From contig CAVWDB010000006.1 of assembly GCA_963753655.1 (NCBI GenBank), positions 684,693-748,692 of the forward strand: 64,000 nucleotides of DNA, given 5' to 3'. Below, piece by piece: positions 40,344-51,427 of the stretch; within the stretch, counting starts at the first letter, position 1, and every line of letters starts with the position of its first letter. The stretch is from an uncultured Chloroflexia bacterium (GTDB taxonomy: Bacteria > Chloroflexota > Anaerolineae > Anaerolineales > Villigracilaceae). The position numbers and the translations under genes were made by a program. The notes beneath the pieces were generated by a model, which was given only the letters and a program-made list of their open reading frames with translations, was not told where the DNA came from and ran no database searches.

Positions 40344-41405
40344 TCATCTCACATAGATGGGATTGCTGAATATCCAGCCGCGTTTTTTGCCGAGATAACT
40401 CTTCCACGCTTCCACGCGGTAGACGCCGGGTTCGGTAACAGTGTATGTCAAGTTTTGATGGTTTTGCCATTTACCAATAACCTTGCCGTCTTTGATCAGA
40501 GATAGGTCCGCTTTTTGGGGAGCATGCGCCTGCAAGGTCACGCCGCCTTTGACGGGCATCTCGTCGCCCATGATGGCTGAATGTTCGCGTCCCTTTGCCC
40601 TGAATGTAAACCCACGCGTGGAAGCGGGCAGGTCGTAACCGACGAAGCAATGTCCATTGGCGAGGGCTTCATAAATCATCTTTTTATCTGGGGCGACTTC
40701 GCCAGCCAATGGCTCGGGGATGAAGATATGCGTATTGACTGTCTTGAAATGGAAGGTGTACGGAAAGATAACACGATGGATGAGACCCATGCTCATGTGC
40801 ATGGCGTGCGCATCCGAACCGCCAATGGCAACGATGCGTTTGTCTGTGGAGAGCAATTCGTCCCAGCGTTGTGTTGTCTCAGGGATAGGCTGGTGTCCGA
40901 TGAATTGCGGAAAGAACGCATGAAAAGCCGCATGGAGTTTGGTGGGGACAACAGTTTTAAGTTCACTCAGCCCATTCCAGAGTTCGATGCCAGTGTAGCC
41001 TTGTACCTCCCAGGCTTCCCAGGAGATATCCGTTTCATGAAAGGCGGGTGCGGCAGGGTCGTTCGGATGGGCGATGAAGCAGAGTCCGTTTGCTTCGGCA
41101 ACGCCGTTGATGAGCGCCTGCGGGTCATCTGCCAGCGTGGATAGATCCCGGTCCGCGTTGAAAACCAAAAGATGATTCTTTTGGGGGTCCCGATCCTGGT
41201 CGTGGACTTCCTGTCCAACGAGGAGCAGGACGCGGGTGGAGTTGAGGCGATAGTATCCTTCCACACCTTGCACGAGCACATTGTGGTCTGTCACGATGAC
41301 CGCGTCCAGTCCGTTTTGAATGGCGGCTTGGGCGATGTCCTTGTGAGTTCCACTGCCATCTGAATAGCGGGTGTGCATGTGTAAATTAATGACGATTTCG
41401 TGCAT
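40344..41405 (-). CDS. PHP-domain (CehA/McbA-like) metallohydrolase
   Basis: NLHMHTRYSDG, TDHN, AHP, GSDAH. Confidence 0.88.
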   Translation of the reverse strand: MHEIVINLHMHTRYSDGSGTHKDIAQAAIQNGLDAVIVTDHNVLVQGVEGYYRLNSTRVLLLVGQEVHDQDRDPQKNHLLVFNADRDLSTLADDPQALINGVAEANGLCFIAHPNDPAAPAFHETDISWEAWEVQGYTGIELWNGLSELKTVVPTKLHAAFHAFFPQFIGHQPIPETTQRWDELLSTDKRIVAIGGSDAHAMHMSMGLIHRVIFPYTFHFKTVNTHIFIPEPLAGEVAPDKKMIYEALANGHCFVGYDLPASTRGFTFRAKGREHSAIMGDEMPVKGGVTLQAHAPQKADLSLIKDGKVIGKWQNHQNLTYTVTEPGVYRVEAWKSYLGKKRGWIFSNPIYVR

Positions 41406-41416
41406 CAGACCTCAAG

Positions 41417-41446
41417 TTGACGTTTCTTCCGCCCAGCGGGTATAAT
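41417..41446 (+). promoter_or_regulatory. Sigma70-type promoter of secG
   Basis: TTGACG-18 nt-TATAAT, AGGAGG RBS downstream. Confidence 0.6.
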
Positions 41447-41475
41447 GTCCCCGCTTAAAAGGAGGCACGTTGTAA

Positions 41476-41700
41476 ATGGAAAATTATATAAATATCGCAC
41501 TGATTATAATCTCGGTCTTGCTCATTATCAGTGTCATCATGCAGAGCAAGGGCGCAGGTTTGGGTGGCTTGACCGGCGCTGACACGGGCAGTGTGTATAC
41601 TGCCCGCCGCGGCGTGGAACGCACGTTGTTCAGGCTGACGATCGTTCTGAGCGCTATTTTCTTTATCCTGGTGATCGTACAAGTTTTTATTACGAACTAA
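41476..41700 (+). CDS. secG: Preprotein translocase subunit SecG
   Basis: Two TMs, MQSKGAGLGG, RRGVERTL. Confidence 0.92.
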   Translation: MENYINIALIIISVLLIISVIMQSKGAGLGGLTGADTGSVYTARRGVERTLFRLTIVLSAIFFILVIVQVFITN

Positions 41701-41780
41701 GTGAATAAAACCTTCCTGAAGGGCCCGTTCATTCCGTGCGGCATCGTCCGTGGGGATGGAACGAGCCTTTCTTTTTCTTT

Positions 41781-43481
41781 ATGAAACAATTACGCTGGCA
41801 GATCCTTGTTGTGGTTGTTACTTTGGCGATTGTAGGTGTATTGCTTTACACCCAACAAGCCTCACCCGTAACAGACGGCGGTGTCATCCTACCCCAGCCT
41901 GAGCAGGGCGGCGTGTATACCGAAGGTTTGGTAGGCTCACTGGGACGGTTGAATCCATTGTTGGATTGGAACAATTCCGCCGACCGCGACGTGGATAAAC
42001 TGCTCTTTAGCGGGCTGATCCGTTTTGATGAACGCGGCTTGCCGCAGGTGGACCTGGCTGAGGCTTGGGGTGAATCTCAGGATGGCACGATCTACAACTT
42101 TACCATTCGCCCCAATGCGGTCTGGCATGACGGGAGGCCTGTCACCAGCGACGATGTGCTCTTTACGATTGACATGATAAAGAGCGCAGGCTCGTTATAC
42201 CCACAGGACATCAAAGACCTTTGGGGCAGGGTGGAAGTCGCAAAGTTGAACGACAAGAACCTCAAATTCACCCTGCCCGAGCCTTATGTCCCATTCATTG
42301 ATTATCTGACCTTTGGCGTTTTACCAAAACATTTACTTGAATCTATTCCGCCCGAACAAATGGAGAAGGCGGAGTTTAATCTCAATCCGGTGGGTACGGG
42401 TCCGTATAGGTTCGACCATCTGCTGGTGGAGAACGGTCAGATCGTCGGCGTGGTGTTGACACTCTCCGATCGTTATTATGGCGCGCCTCCGTATATCGAA
42501 CAGGTGGTGTTTCGCTACTATCCATCTTCCGCCGCCGCATTGGATGCCTATCAGCAGGGCGATGTATTCTCGATCAGCCAGATCACACCTGATGTTTTGA
42601 GCGCGGCTCTTGAAGAACCCAATCTTTCGATCTATACCAGCCGCATGCCTCAAATGTCTTTTGTGCTTTTTAATTTGAAGGATCCCGAGACTGCCTTTTT
42701 GCAGGAGCCAAAAGTCCGCCGCGCGCTCATGCTTGGGTTAAACCGTCCATATATCATCAATACGCTCTTGCAGGGACAAGCCATTGTTGTAGATGCGCCC
42801 ATTCTGCCCGGTTCCTGGGCGTATTATGATGGCACCGAACATTTTGAGTATGATCCTGATACTGCCATCGATATACTCAAATCCGAAGGGTATGTAATTC
42901 CAGCAGAAGGCGGCGCTGTGCGTGCAAAAGAAGGAGTGTCGCTGGCATTCACGTTGATTCATCCGGATGACACGCTTCATACGCAGATCGCACAAATGAT
43001 ACAAACGCAGTGGGACTTGATCGGCGTTCATGTGGACCTGCAGCCCCAACCCTATGACCAACTTGTTTTGACGACGCTCGCCTCACGCGACTATCAGTCT
43101 GCTCTCGTTGACCTGAACCTTTCGCGCACCCCAGACCCTGACCCATATCCCTTCTGGCATCAGGCCGAAGCCGCCGGCGGACAGAATTACTCAGGCTGGG
43201 ATAACCGTCCCGCCAGCGAATATCTTGAACAGGCGCGCGTCACTGCTGACTATTCACTCCGTACAAGACTCTATCGTAATTTCCAGGTGATCTTTGCCAA
43301 GGAACTGCCTTCGTTGCCGTTATATGTTCCGGTCTATAGTTATGGTGTGGATGCACAGGTACAGGGCGTACAAGTTGGAGCGCTGTATGAACCGAGCGAT
43401 AGACTGGCGACCTTTACAAGCTGGTACCTACTTACCCGCCGCGCCTTAGAGCAGGACGCGACGCCAACTGTGTTACCGTAA
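41781..43481 (+). CDS. Peptide ABC transporter substrate-binding protein (family 5)
   Basis: LNP, WHDGRPVTSDDV, PVGTGPY, VRRAL. Confidence 0.9.
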   Translation: MKQLRWQILVVVVTLAIVGVLLYTQQASPVTDGGVILPQPEQGGVYTEGLVGSLGRLNPLLDWNNSADRDVDKLLFSGLIRFDERGLPQVDLAEAWGESQDGTIYNFTIRPNAVWHDGRPVTSDDVLFTIDMIKSAGSLYPQDIKDLWGRVEVAKLNDKNLKFTLPEPYVPFIDYLTFGVLPKHLLESIPPEQMEKAEFNLNPVGTGPYRFDHLLVENGQIVGVVLTLSDRYYGAPPYIEQVVFRYYPSSAAALDAYQQGDVFSISQITPDVLSAALEEPNLSIYTSRMPQMSFVLFNLKDPETAFLQEPKVRRALMLGLNRPYIINTLLQGQAIVVDAPILPGSWAYYDGTEHFEYDPDTAIDILKSEGYVIPAEGGAVRAKEGVSLAFTLIHPDDTLHTQIAQMIQTQWDLIGVHVDLQPQPYDQLVLTTLASRDYQSALVDLNLSRTPDPDPYPFWHQAEAAGGQNYSGWDNRPASEYLEQARVTADYSLRTRLYRNFQVIFAKELPSLPLYVPVYSYGVDAQVQGVQVGALYEPSDRLATFTSWYLLTRRALEQDATPTVLP

Positions 43482-43550
43482 CCCGTAACGCGAGATTTGT
43501 CTCGCAAAAGGCGACATGAATGTCGCGTTACATTTTCATATAGAGGACAC

Positions 43551-44924
43551 ATGACCAATCTCCAAAAAGCACTTGACTATGCAAAACAGAACCGTGAACG
43601 CTTCCTGAACGAATTGAATGAAGTGCTTAGAATTCCATCCATTTCCACCGATGCAGAATACAACGATGAAGTTCTCCGTGCCGCGCAATGGATGGCGAAC
43701 CACCTGAAAAAACTTGGCATGGAAAATGTCGAGATCATGCCAACTGGAACTGGCGGTCATCCCGTGGTCTATGGCGATTACATCAAGAAACCTGATGCGC
43801 CAATGGTTTTGGTCTACGGACATTATGATGTCCAGCCTGCTGACCCGCTTGAACTGTGGGAGACAGGTCCGTTTGAGCCTCAGGTGCGCGGCGACTTGTT
43901 GTTCGCGCGCGGCTCTTCGGATATGAAGGGACAGGTACTTGCAACCTTTGACGCGATCGAGGCGGTAATGCACGCTGGCGAAATGCCTGTCAATTTGAAA
44001 TTCATATTGGAGGGTGAAGAAGAGATCGGCTCAAAGAATCTCGAACCTTTCCTCAAGAAACATGCCGAGAAGTTCAAAGCCGATGTTTCGTTGAATCCCG
44101 ACGCGGGCATGATGGGTATTGACATGCCAACCATCACATATGGTCTGCGCGGGCTTGCCTACATGGAAGTCCACGTGTGGGGACCCAAAGCCGACCTGCA
44201 TTCTGGTCTCTATGGCGGCGCGGTGCATAACCCGGCACAAGTGTTGGCAGAGTTGATCGCGAAGATGCACGACGAAAAAGGACGAATTACACTTCCCGGC
44301 TTTTACGACAGTGTGCGTCCCATCAGCGAACAGGAACGGGCGGACTTCGCAAGGCTTCCAAATGACGACCAGCATTATTTGGACGAGACAGGCGTCCCTG
44401 CGTTATGGGGCGAAGAGGGCTACATCTCCGCTGAAAGGACAGGGGCGCGTCCCACGCTGGAGGTCAATGGTCTACTCTCCGGTTGGACGGGTCCCGGATC
44501 GAAAACAGTTCTCCCCGCAAAAGCGATGGCAAAAATATCCTGCCGTCTTGTCGCCGACCAAAACGAAGATGTCGTTGTAGAGCAGATGAAACGCTTTATG
44601 GAAATGAACGCACCCAAGACCATTCATTGGGAAGTGAAAAAGCTGACGGGCAGTCCTTTTGCAATTGCAGACCTGGAAAACCCCGGCGTGAAAGCCATGC
44701 ATAAGGCAATGGAAACGGTCTGGGGCGTGCGACCGATGTATCGCCGTGAGGGCGGCTCGATCGGCGCGGTGGCAATGCTGCAACAAATTTGCGGCGTTGA
44801 ATCTGTTTTGGTGGGTATGGGCCTGCCCAGTGACAACGTCCATTCACCGAACGAACACATGCATTTGCCCACATGGTACAAAGGCATCGATGCCTTCATT
44901 CATTTCTTTTACAACTTGAGTTAG
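43551..44924 (+). CDS. M20-family dipeptidase
   Basis: YGHYDVQP, RGSSDMKG, EGEEE, DLHSG, HSPNE. Confidence 0.92.
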   Translation: MTNLQKALDYAKQNRERFLNELNEVLRIPSISTDAEYNDEVLRAAQWMANHLKKLGMENVEIMPTGTGGHPVVYGDYIKKPDAPMVLVYGHYDVQPADPLELWETGPFEPQVRGDLLFARGSSDMKGQVLATFDAIEAVMHAGEMPVNLKFILEGEEEIGSKNLEPFLKKHAEKFKADVSLNPDAGMMGIDMPTITYGLRGLAYMEVHVWGPKADLHSGLYGGAVHNPAQVLAELIAKMHDEKGRITLPGFYDSVRPISEQERADFARLPNDDQHYLDETGVPALWGEEGYISAERTGARPTLEVNGLLSGWTGPGSKTVLPAKAMAKISCRLVADQNEDVVVEQMKRFMEMNAPKTIHWEVKKLTGSPFAIADLENPGVKAMHKAMETVWGVRPMYRREGGSIGAVAMLQQICGVESVLVGMGLPSDNVHSPNEHMHLPTWYKGIDAFIHFFYNLS

Positions 44925-44976
44925 TCGCGCTGAGCGGAGTGTAACGCAGACGAAGCGTCCCTACAGATTGGAAATT

Positions 44977-45858
44977 ATGGAAGATAAAATCATCTCATAT
45001 GGCGGGCAAGCCGTCATCGAAGGCGTAATGATGCGCGGACAAAAATCCTTTGCAATTGCGATGCGAGCGCCCGATGGCAATATCGTTGTTCACAAAGAAG
45101 GTCTTGCGGCAGTCTATCGCTCAGGCATCACGAAGATCCCATTCCTGCGCGGCACGATTTTGCTTTGGGATGCGCTCGGTTTGGGCATGAAAGCCCTGAC
45201 GCTGGCGGCGAACATACAAACAGGGGAGGATGAAAAACTCGAAGGTCCCGCTTTATATGTCACGCTTGCCACCTCCCTCGCGCTGGGCATCGGGTTGTTT
45301 GTCCTCCTCCCAGCAGGCATTGGCGGCTTGGCAGAACAATATCTTGGCTGGACGAACCTGGCGCACAACCTGCTCGAAGGTCTTGTGCGGCTTGCCCTGC
45401 TCGTCGGTTATATGTGGGGCATTGGCTTGATGCCCGATGTGAAACGTCTGTTTGGCTATCACGGCGCTGAGCATAAGACTATCAACGCCTTTGAAGCCGG
45501 AGCCGAACTCACGCCCGATGTTGTTGCCAATTACCCCATCGAACATCCGCGTTGCGGCACGGCTTTCATACTGACCTTCGTGTTACTATCTGTCCTTGTT
45601 CACAGCCTGCTCCCCGATATGAACATCGCCTGGCGACTTGCCAGCCGCGTCCTGTTGATTCCCGTCATCGCGGGGCTAGCCGTGGAATATATTCGTTGGA
45701 CAGCCAATCATTTGAACTCACCCTTCGTGCGCCTCTTAATTAAGCCGAACCTGGCTCTTCAATCCCTGACCACTCGCAACCCTGACAACTCCATGCTGGA
45801 GGTTGCCATCGAATCCTTCAAGACCATGCGTCAGGCTGAGCAGGAATTTGTGGCATGA
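44977..45858 (+). CDS. DUF1385 (YqhQ-like) membrane protein
   Basis: YGGQAVIEGVMM, YHGAEHK, HPRCGT. Confidence 0.9.
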   Translation: MEDKIISYGGQAVIEGVMMRGQKSFAIAMRAPDGNIVVHKEGLAAVYRSGITKIPFLRGTILLWDALGLGMKALTLAANIQTGEDEKLEGPALYVTLATSLALGIGLFVLLPAGIGGLAEQYLGWTNLAHNLLEGLVRLALLVGYMWGIGLMPDVKRLFGYHGAEHKTINAFEAGAELTPDVVANYPIEHPRCGTAFILTFVLLSVLVHSLLPDMNIAWRLASRVLLIPVIAGLAVEYIRWTANHLNSPFVRLLIKPNLALQSLTTRNPDNSMLEVAIESFKTMRQAEQEFVA

Positions 45859-46075
45859 ATTCACACTGAGCGTAGTGGAGGCGAAGCGTTGTTAAATTTT
45901 GGAATCGGACAGCTTGCTGTCCGATTTATCTTTAATTGCTTGGGGAACAAACAAGGATTAAATCGAGTTATAAATTAACATAAAAAGTCATGGAGTTAGG
46001 GAGCTTGCTCCCGTTTTATTAACCAGCAAGCTGGTTGATTCCAAAACCGTAATCTGCCGATATAGGATCGTCTAT

Positions 46076-46957
46076 TTGAAAACCCGAAAACTCGCAAAGA
46101 TAATTTTTTTGATATTCCTTGTTGTTAGCCTGTGCGTTGGCGGCTATCTGTTCTACGACCATGGACGCCCCGCCCCTGTCCCGATGAAACAGAAGTTATA
46201 CGAGGGTGCGACTTATCGGCGTATCGTTCAATATGTTCCCCATCCCATGATCGCGCACGCAATCGTGATCGACCGAAGCGCGGGGAACTTTGAGTTTCTT
46301 GTCACCCCGCCTGATGCGGAAAGTGACACTCCATTGAATGCGCGCACCACATCGCAATTTCTGGAGGAGTTTGGCCTACAAATCGCCATCAATGGAGATG
46401 GTTTCGATCCCTGGTGGTCGCGTACTCCCGTGGATTATTATCCGCATGTGGGGGACCCGGTTGCGCCGTTAGGTTTCACGGCTTCAAAAGGGAATATTTA
46501 TTCCAACGGAGTTGCAGTCACCGTTGGAGTTCGACCTGCCTTGTACATCAGCCGTCAAAACTATCCCTCCTTCAATCGAAAACCGGATAATGTTTTTACT
46601 GCAATTTCAGGCGACCTCATGCTTCTTGAACAGGGACAGGTCCTGCCCGACCTTGAGGATGAGACTTTACAACCACGCACGGCAATCGGTATCAATCGCA
46701 ACGGGCGCTATCTATATCTCATGGTTGTTGATGGTCGCCAGCCTTTTTACAGCGACGGTGCGACATTTGCAGAATTGGCTGAATTGATGAAAGAACAGGG
46801 AGCATTTTACGCGATGGCTTTGGATGGGGGCGGTTCGTCCACATTAGTTATCGAAGGTGAGGATGGCAAGCCGGTAATTCTAAATTCCCCGATCGATCTT
46901 TATATCCCTGGTCGTGAAAGACCCGTAGGGAATCATTTTGGGGTGTATGTGAAATAG
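46076..46957 (+). CDS. Phosphodiester glycosidase (NAGPA-family)
   Basis: INGDGF, PRTAIG, VDGRQ, LDGGGSS. Confidence 0.88.
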   Translation: MKTRKLAKIIFLIFLVVSLCVGGYLFYDHGRPAPVPMKQKLYEGATYRRIVQYVPHPMIAHAIVIDRSAGNFEFLVTPPDAESDTPLNARTTSQFLEEFGLQIAINGDGFDPWWSRTPVDYYPHVGDPVAPLGFTASKGNIYSNGVAVTVGVRPALYISRQNYPSFNRKPDNVFTAISGDLMLLEQGQVLPDLEDETLQPRTAIGINRNGRYLYLMVVDGRQPFYSDGATFAELAELMKEQGAFYAMALDGGGSSTLVIEGEDGKPVILNSPIDLYIPGRERPVGNHFGVYVK

Positions 46958-47001
46958 CATTGCAGGGATGCGCAGTTGCCTATCCCTGCAATGAACAATC
47001 G

Positions 47002-47829
47002 TCAAAACGCGATCTCCCCGATCTGCTCAAAGTTGACATCGAATAACTCGTCTGCTTCCATTTCTGTTTCGGCATCCTCTATATCTCCCGCGTGGATACC
47101 TCTGTCGCAGTAGGATCTGTAGGGACAGTAACTGCATTTCGTCCGGTCATCAGTGAGCGGGTAGGAAGAGGCGGTGGAAATTTCGTCCGCAAGTTTCGTC
47201 AATAAATCCCAGTCCCGTTTATATTGCGCCGAAGTGTACTCGAAGCGTGCGGGTTCGTTCGGAAAATCCGCAAACCAGTAGATCATCGCGATCTGTTCCG
47301 GTGCGAAGGGCTGACCGTTGTTGAGATGCGCCCCTGCATGGACGAGCAATGCACGATAGACGCGTGTCTGCATGCGTGCGGAGAGGAACTCGTTGCGCGG
47401 ACGTTTGCGATAGGTCTTCCAATCGTAGATGGTGGCTTTGCCGTTTTCGATGGCGATGAGGTCGTACTTTGCAAGCAGGCGATATTTGCCAAGCGGGGCG
47501 GAGAGGGTTGCTTCGGGATATATATCTAAACCTGTTAGGTCTTTAAGACCTAACAGGTTTTTTTCATTTAAAAAATTCTCCCACCACCTTTGCAGATTTG
47601 GTGTATTCGCCAGCTTGCTGATCTGTTCTGCTGGAATGCCGATCAAATACTGTTGTACCAGCCGATGGAAATATTCACCCTCCTGTTGATGCTTCTCATT
47701 CTCCAGCGTTGGCTCGGACTCAATGGCAGGATAAGATAACCGCTCGACATACCGCAATTGGAATCGACGCGGGCAGTCTACGTAATCTTGCAGGGAGGAT
47801 TGGGAGAGGAGGTTGAGAGGGGTTAGCAT
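47002..47829 (-). CDS. PD-(D/E)XK nuclease, Cas4/AddB-like with Fe-S cysteines
   Basis: CPRRF, YDL, DWKT, QTRVY, CSYCPYRSYC. Confidence 0.85.
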   Translation of the reverse strand: MLTPLNLLSQSSLQDYVDCPRRFQLRYVERLSYPAIESEPTLENEKHQQEGEYFHRLVQQYLIGIPAEQISKLANTPNLQRWWENFLNEKNLLGLKDLTGLDIYPEATLSAPLGKYRLLAKYDLIAIENGKATIYDWKTYRKRPRNEFLSARMQTRVYRALLVHAGAHLNNGQPFAPEQIAMIYWFADFPNEPARFEYTSAQYKRDWDLLTKLADEISTASSYPLTDDRTKCSYCPYRSYCDRGIHAGDIEDAETEMEADELFDVNFEQIGEIAF

Positions 47830-47884
47830 TGATCGAATTATAGCATTTTGGTTTTACTAGTATAATTGAGAAGGAGGAACAATT

Positions 47885-48167
47885 ATGAGTTCATCTCCTT
47901 CTCATCGAGGTCGTTTGCTATTTTGGTGTAATAGTGCTTCTAATATTTTGGGGCATTCGCGGAATATTAACTGAACAGCGTTTTGCAGTGTTCCTGACAG
48001 CGCCTCTCAGCCTTATCATAATAACTGCTGGTTTGAGCGCTTATCTCTCTTTACCATCTCCATATCCATTCGGTATTGTTGCATTAAGCATCGGAACATT
48101 GGTATCCTCTATTTTTTCATACCTGATTGCTCGATGGGCATATAAGGGACTGTTTCCGCCCAAGTAG
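47885..48167 (+). CDS. Small membrane protein (probable frameshift near 47925)
   Basis: TATAAT and AGGAGG before ATG at 47885; hydrophobic ORF 47934-48167. Confidence 0.5.
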
Positions 48168-48273
48168 TCAAACTTCCAATCAATATATCAAAACTATCGA
48201 TTGATAACAGACTTCCGGTTTTACTCATAAACTCGGAAGTCTTAACTGCTTACTGATAACTACTCACTGCTCT

Positions 48274-49887
48274 CTACTTCTTCCCGTTCCTTTCTTTTGC
48301 CGCCTTAATGAATCCCGCAAACAAAGGATGCGGCTTCATCGGTCGTGATAAAAACTCAGGGTGAAACTGACTCCCCATCATGAATGGATGATCTTTGATC
48401 TCAGCGATCTCGATCAGTTTGCCGTCCGGCGACATGCCTGAGAAGACCATGCCTCCTTTTTCAAAATCTTCCTTGAAGGCGTTGTTGAATTCAAAGCGGT
48501 GACGATGGCGTTCGTCCACTTTTTCCACGCCATACGCGGCGGCGGCTTTGGTGCCGGGCTGTAATTCACACGGATATAAACCGAGTCGCATCGTGCCGCC
48601 CATGTCTGTGATGGCGCGCTGGTCGAGCATCAGGTCGATGACCGGGTATTCCGTCCCGCGGTCGAATTCGGATGAGTTGGCGTCTTCGTGATTGAGCACG
48701 CCGCGCGCAAAGTCAATGCACATGGTTTGCAGCCCCAAACACAAACCAAGATAAGGAACCTTTTTCTCACGTGCATAACGTGCCGCCAGTACTTTCCCTT
48801 CGATGCCGCGTGAACCGAATCCGCCGGGGACGAGGATCGCGTCAGCGCCCTGGACGATGTCCCAGCCTTTGTCCTTCTCCAGGTCGGCGGAGTGAACCCA
48901 GCCGATCTCCACTTCCACGTCATTGGCGAGTGCGGCATGTTTCAACGCCTCGCGCACAGACATGTACGCATCCTGTAATTCCACATATTTGCCAACCAAC
49001 GCTATTTTTACGGTTGGCTTTTGCTTCCTGACGCGTGCAACCAACTTTTCCCAGGGCTTCATATCGGGTTTACGCGTGGCTGTCATGTTTAATTTTTCAA
49101 CCAGATAATCACCAACACCTGCTTTTTCCAGCAGGAGCGGAATCTCATACAGCACGTCACTGGTCACCATCGGGACAACTGCCTGCTTTTCCACGTCACA
49201 GAACAAGGCGATCTTGTCGCATAACTCTCTGTCTACTGGATAATCGGAGCGGGCAATGATCATGTTTGGGGAGATACCAATTGAGCGCAACGCCGCCACG
49301 GAATGTTGCGTGGGCTTGGTCTTGATCTCGCCTGTCGCGCCGATATAGGGAAGCCATGTCACATGGATGAAGTACACGTTTTCACGTCCGACCTCGTTGC
49401 GGAGCTGTCTCAACGCTTCAAGGAATGGCTGGGACTCGATATCGCCAACCGTCCCACCGACTTCGGCGATGACTATATCCGCATTCGTCTCTTTACCAAT
49501 GGATGCGACGCGGCGTTTGATCTCGTTCGTGATGTGTGGAATGACCTGGATCGTCCCGCCCAGAAAATCGCCGCGTCTTTCCTTGCTGATGATCTCGGCA
49601 TAGATCTGTCCGCTGGTGAAGTTGCTGGAATTGCTGAGGCGGATATCAATGAATCTTTCGTAGTGACCAAGGTCAAGGTCCGTTTCTGCGCCGTCATCCA
49701 GCACGTACACCTCTCCATGCTGATAGGGACTCATCGTCCCCGGGTCAACATTGATGTACGGGTCCAACTTCTGCACCGCCACCTTGAAGCCGCGCTCCTT
49801 GAGTAGAAGTCCTGTTGCGGCGGCGGTCACACCTTTGCCCACCGAGGAAACAACACCGCCTGTATAGAATAAATATTTTGTAGACAT
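48274..49887 (-). CDS. pyrG: CTP synthase
   Basis: [39 protein letters not shown]. Confidence 0.97.
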   Translation of the reverse strand: MSTKYLFYTGGVVSSVGKGVTAAATGLLLKERGFKVAVQKLDPYINVDPGTMSPYQHGEVYVLDDGAETDLDLGHYERFIDIRLSNSSNFTSGQIYAEIISKERRGDFLGGTIQVIPHITNEIKRRVASIGKETNADIVIAEVGGTVGDIESQPFLEALRQLRNEVGRENVYFIHVTWLPYIGATGEIKTKPTQHSVAALRSIGISPNMIIARSDYPVDRELCDKIALFCDVEKQAVVPMVTSDVLYEIPLLLEKAGVGDYLVEKLNMTATRKPDMKPWEKLVARVRKQKPTVKIALVGKYVELQDAYMSVREALKHAALANDVEVEIGWVHSADLEKDKGWDIVQGADAILVPGGFGSRGIEGKVLAARYAREKKVPYLGLCLGLQTMCIDFARGVLNHEDANSSEFDRGTEYPVIDLMLDQRAITDMGGTMRLGLYPCELQPGTKAAAAYGVEKVDERHRHRFEFNNAFKEDFEKGGMVFSGMSPDGKLIEIAEIKDHPFMMGSQFHPEFLSRPMKPHPLFAGFIKAAKERNGKK

Positions 49888-50098
49888 GGTTTACCTCTTG
49901 TAAATGTCATTGCGAGCGCAAGTTGCGAAGCAATCTCCTACTTGGCGAGGGGATTCCTTCGTCCACGCTTTGTCTTCGGACTGCATCCTCCACTCAGCGC
50001 GAAGGCTCGCACTGACGGTATTAAAAGAGATGGGGAGGGCGTTGAAGCCCTCCCCATCGGGGATTGCGTACTGTGTGCGTTGCTGGTCTTTTTCTGTA

Positions 50099-50473
50099 TC
50101 ATCCGACCAGCTTGACGAGATCTTCGGCGGCACGCCGCATCTCGAGAAAGATCATGCCCAGTTTTGCATCGTGACGCGCCAAAGCGGTCAGAACGGCTTC
50201 CTCACCAACGGAAGTTAACACGATCGATCCCGCGTCGCCCTTGATATAAACCTGCTCCAGACCTGCGCGACCCAGCTCGTTGGAAATGCGCTCCCCGAGG
50301 CTGAGCATCGCGGCAGACATCGCCGACACACGGTCTTCTTCCACGCCTTGTTGCAGGGCAGAGGCCATGATCAACCCGTCCACCGAAACGACTGCAGAAG
50401 CTTCAATGTCGGGCGCGGCGGCTTGCATGTTTCGCAAGCGGTCCACCATTTGATCCGAGCGGGATTTAGTCAT
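50099..50473 (-). CDS. Roadblock/LC7 (MglB-like) protein
   Basis: AVVSVDGL, VSAMSAAM; terminator hairpin 50029-50058 downstream. Confidence 0.88.
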   Translation of the reverse strand: MTKSRSDQMVDRLRNMQAAAPDIEASAVVSVDGLIMASALQQGVEEDRVSAMSAAMLSLGERISNELGRAGLEQVYIKGDAGSIVLTSVGEEAVLTALARHDAKLGMIFLEMRRAAEDLVKLVG

Positions 50474-50679
50474 AGTGTTCTCCTGAATTCCATTTCCCGG
50501 CGTTGGCGGGGAAATCTGCCAAAGTTTACCATACTTCAAAATGCAAGAGAATGGAGTGATAAGACTTCGGAAGTCTTTTGCAATGTGTGACCATGAATAC
50601 ATGTAGACGGACTCCCAATGTCTCTTTGCATCAAATTTGACCGCCCTCACGCTTCATGTTAAACTTATCAGTCAATTTG

Positions 50680-51285
50680 ATGAAATTCCGCTTCCTGCTT
50701 CCTTTTGTTTTGCTCCTGCTCGCCGCGCAAACCACCCCGCCGATCGCGATCACATTTCCCGCGCCGGATGCCATCCTCAGCGGCGAAGTGACCGTCACTG
50801 GCACAACAGACATCGTTGATTTTGCCTCTTCTCAATTGGATTTTTCGTACGCCTCCAACCCGACCAATACCTGGTTCGCCCTCCAAACCTCTTCCCAGCC
50901 CGTAGTGGACTCGCCTCTCGCCGCGTGGGACACAACCCTCATCAGCGATGGAGATTATGTCCTGCGCCTGCGTGTCTACCTGATCGATAGTTCCTTTCAA
51001 GATGTCACGGTTTCCATCAAAGTGCAAAATGACACTCCCATTGTGACGCCGACATTTACACCAACATCCACACCCGAATCCATAAACGGACAGATCCCCA
51101 CGCCATTTCTCGTTGCCTCATCACCCACGCCAACCAAAACGCCACATCCTACGCCCACGCCGTTGTCAACAAATCCCGTGTCGTTGAATCAAACAACTAT
51201 CTACACAAGCCTGGGTCGCGGTGCACTGGTTATCATCGGTCTCTTCGCCTTTGCCGGACTTATCCTTCGATTTCGAAGATATTAA
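50680..51285 (+). CDS. Secreted Ig-like protein with P/T linker and C-terminal membrane anchor
   Basis: Signal peptide, WDTT..DGDYVLRL, C-terminal TM plus RFRRY. Confidence 0.75.
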   Translation: MKFRFLLPFVLLLLAAQTTPPIAITFPAPDAILSGEVTVTGTTDIVDFASSQLDFSYASNPTNTWFALQTSSQPVVDSPLAAWDTTLISDGDYVLRLRVYLIDSSFQDVTVSIKVQNDTPIVTPTFTPTSTPESINGQIPTPFLVASSPTPTKTPHPTPTPLSTNPVSLNQTTIYTSLGRGALVIIGLFAFAGLILRFRRY

Positions 51286-51427
51286 TTTGATTTATACCTC
51301 GGTGGTTGAGTAGGGCGAAGCCCGTATCGAAGCCACCAGATAACCAAATAGTTTTGCTTAATGGTGGTTTCGATTGTTTACGCTAAACCACCGGAATAAC
51401 CTGGTACTTGATACTTGGAACTTAAAT

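Noticed and set aside
47002-47829. CRISPR-Cas locus
   Set aside because: No repeat-spacer array or other cas genes were seen anywhere in the window.
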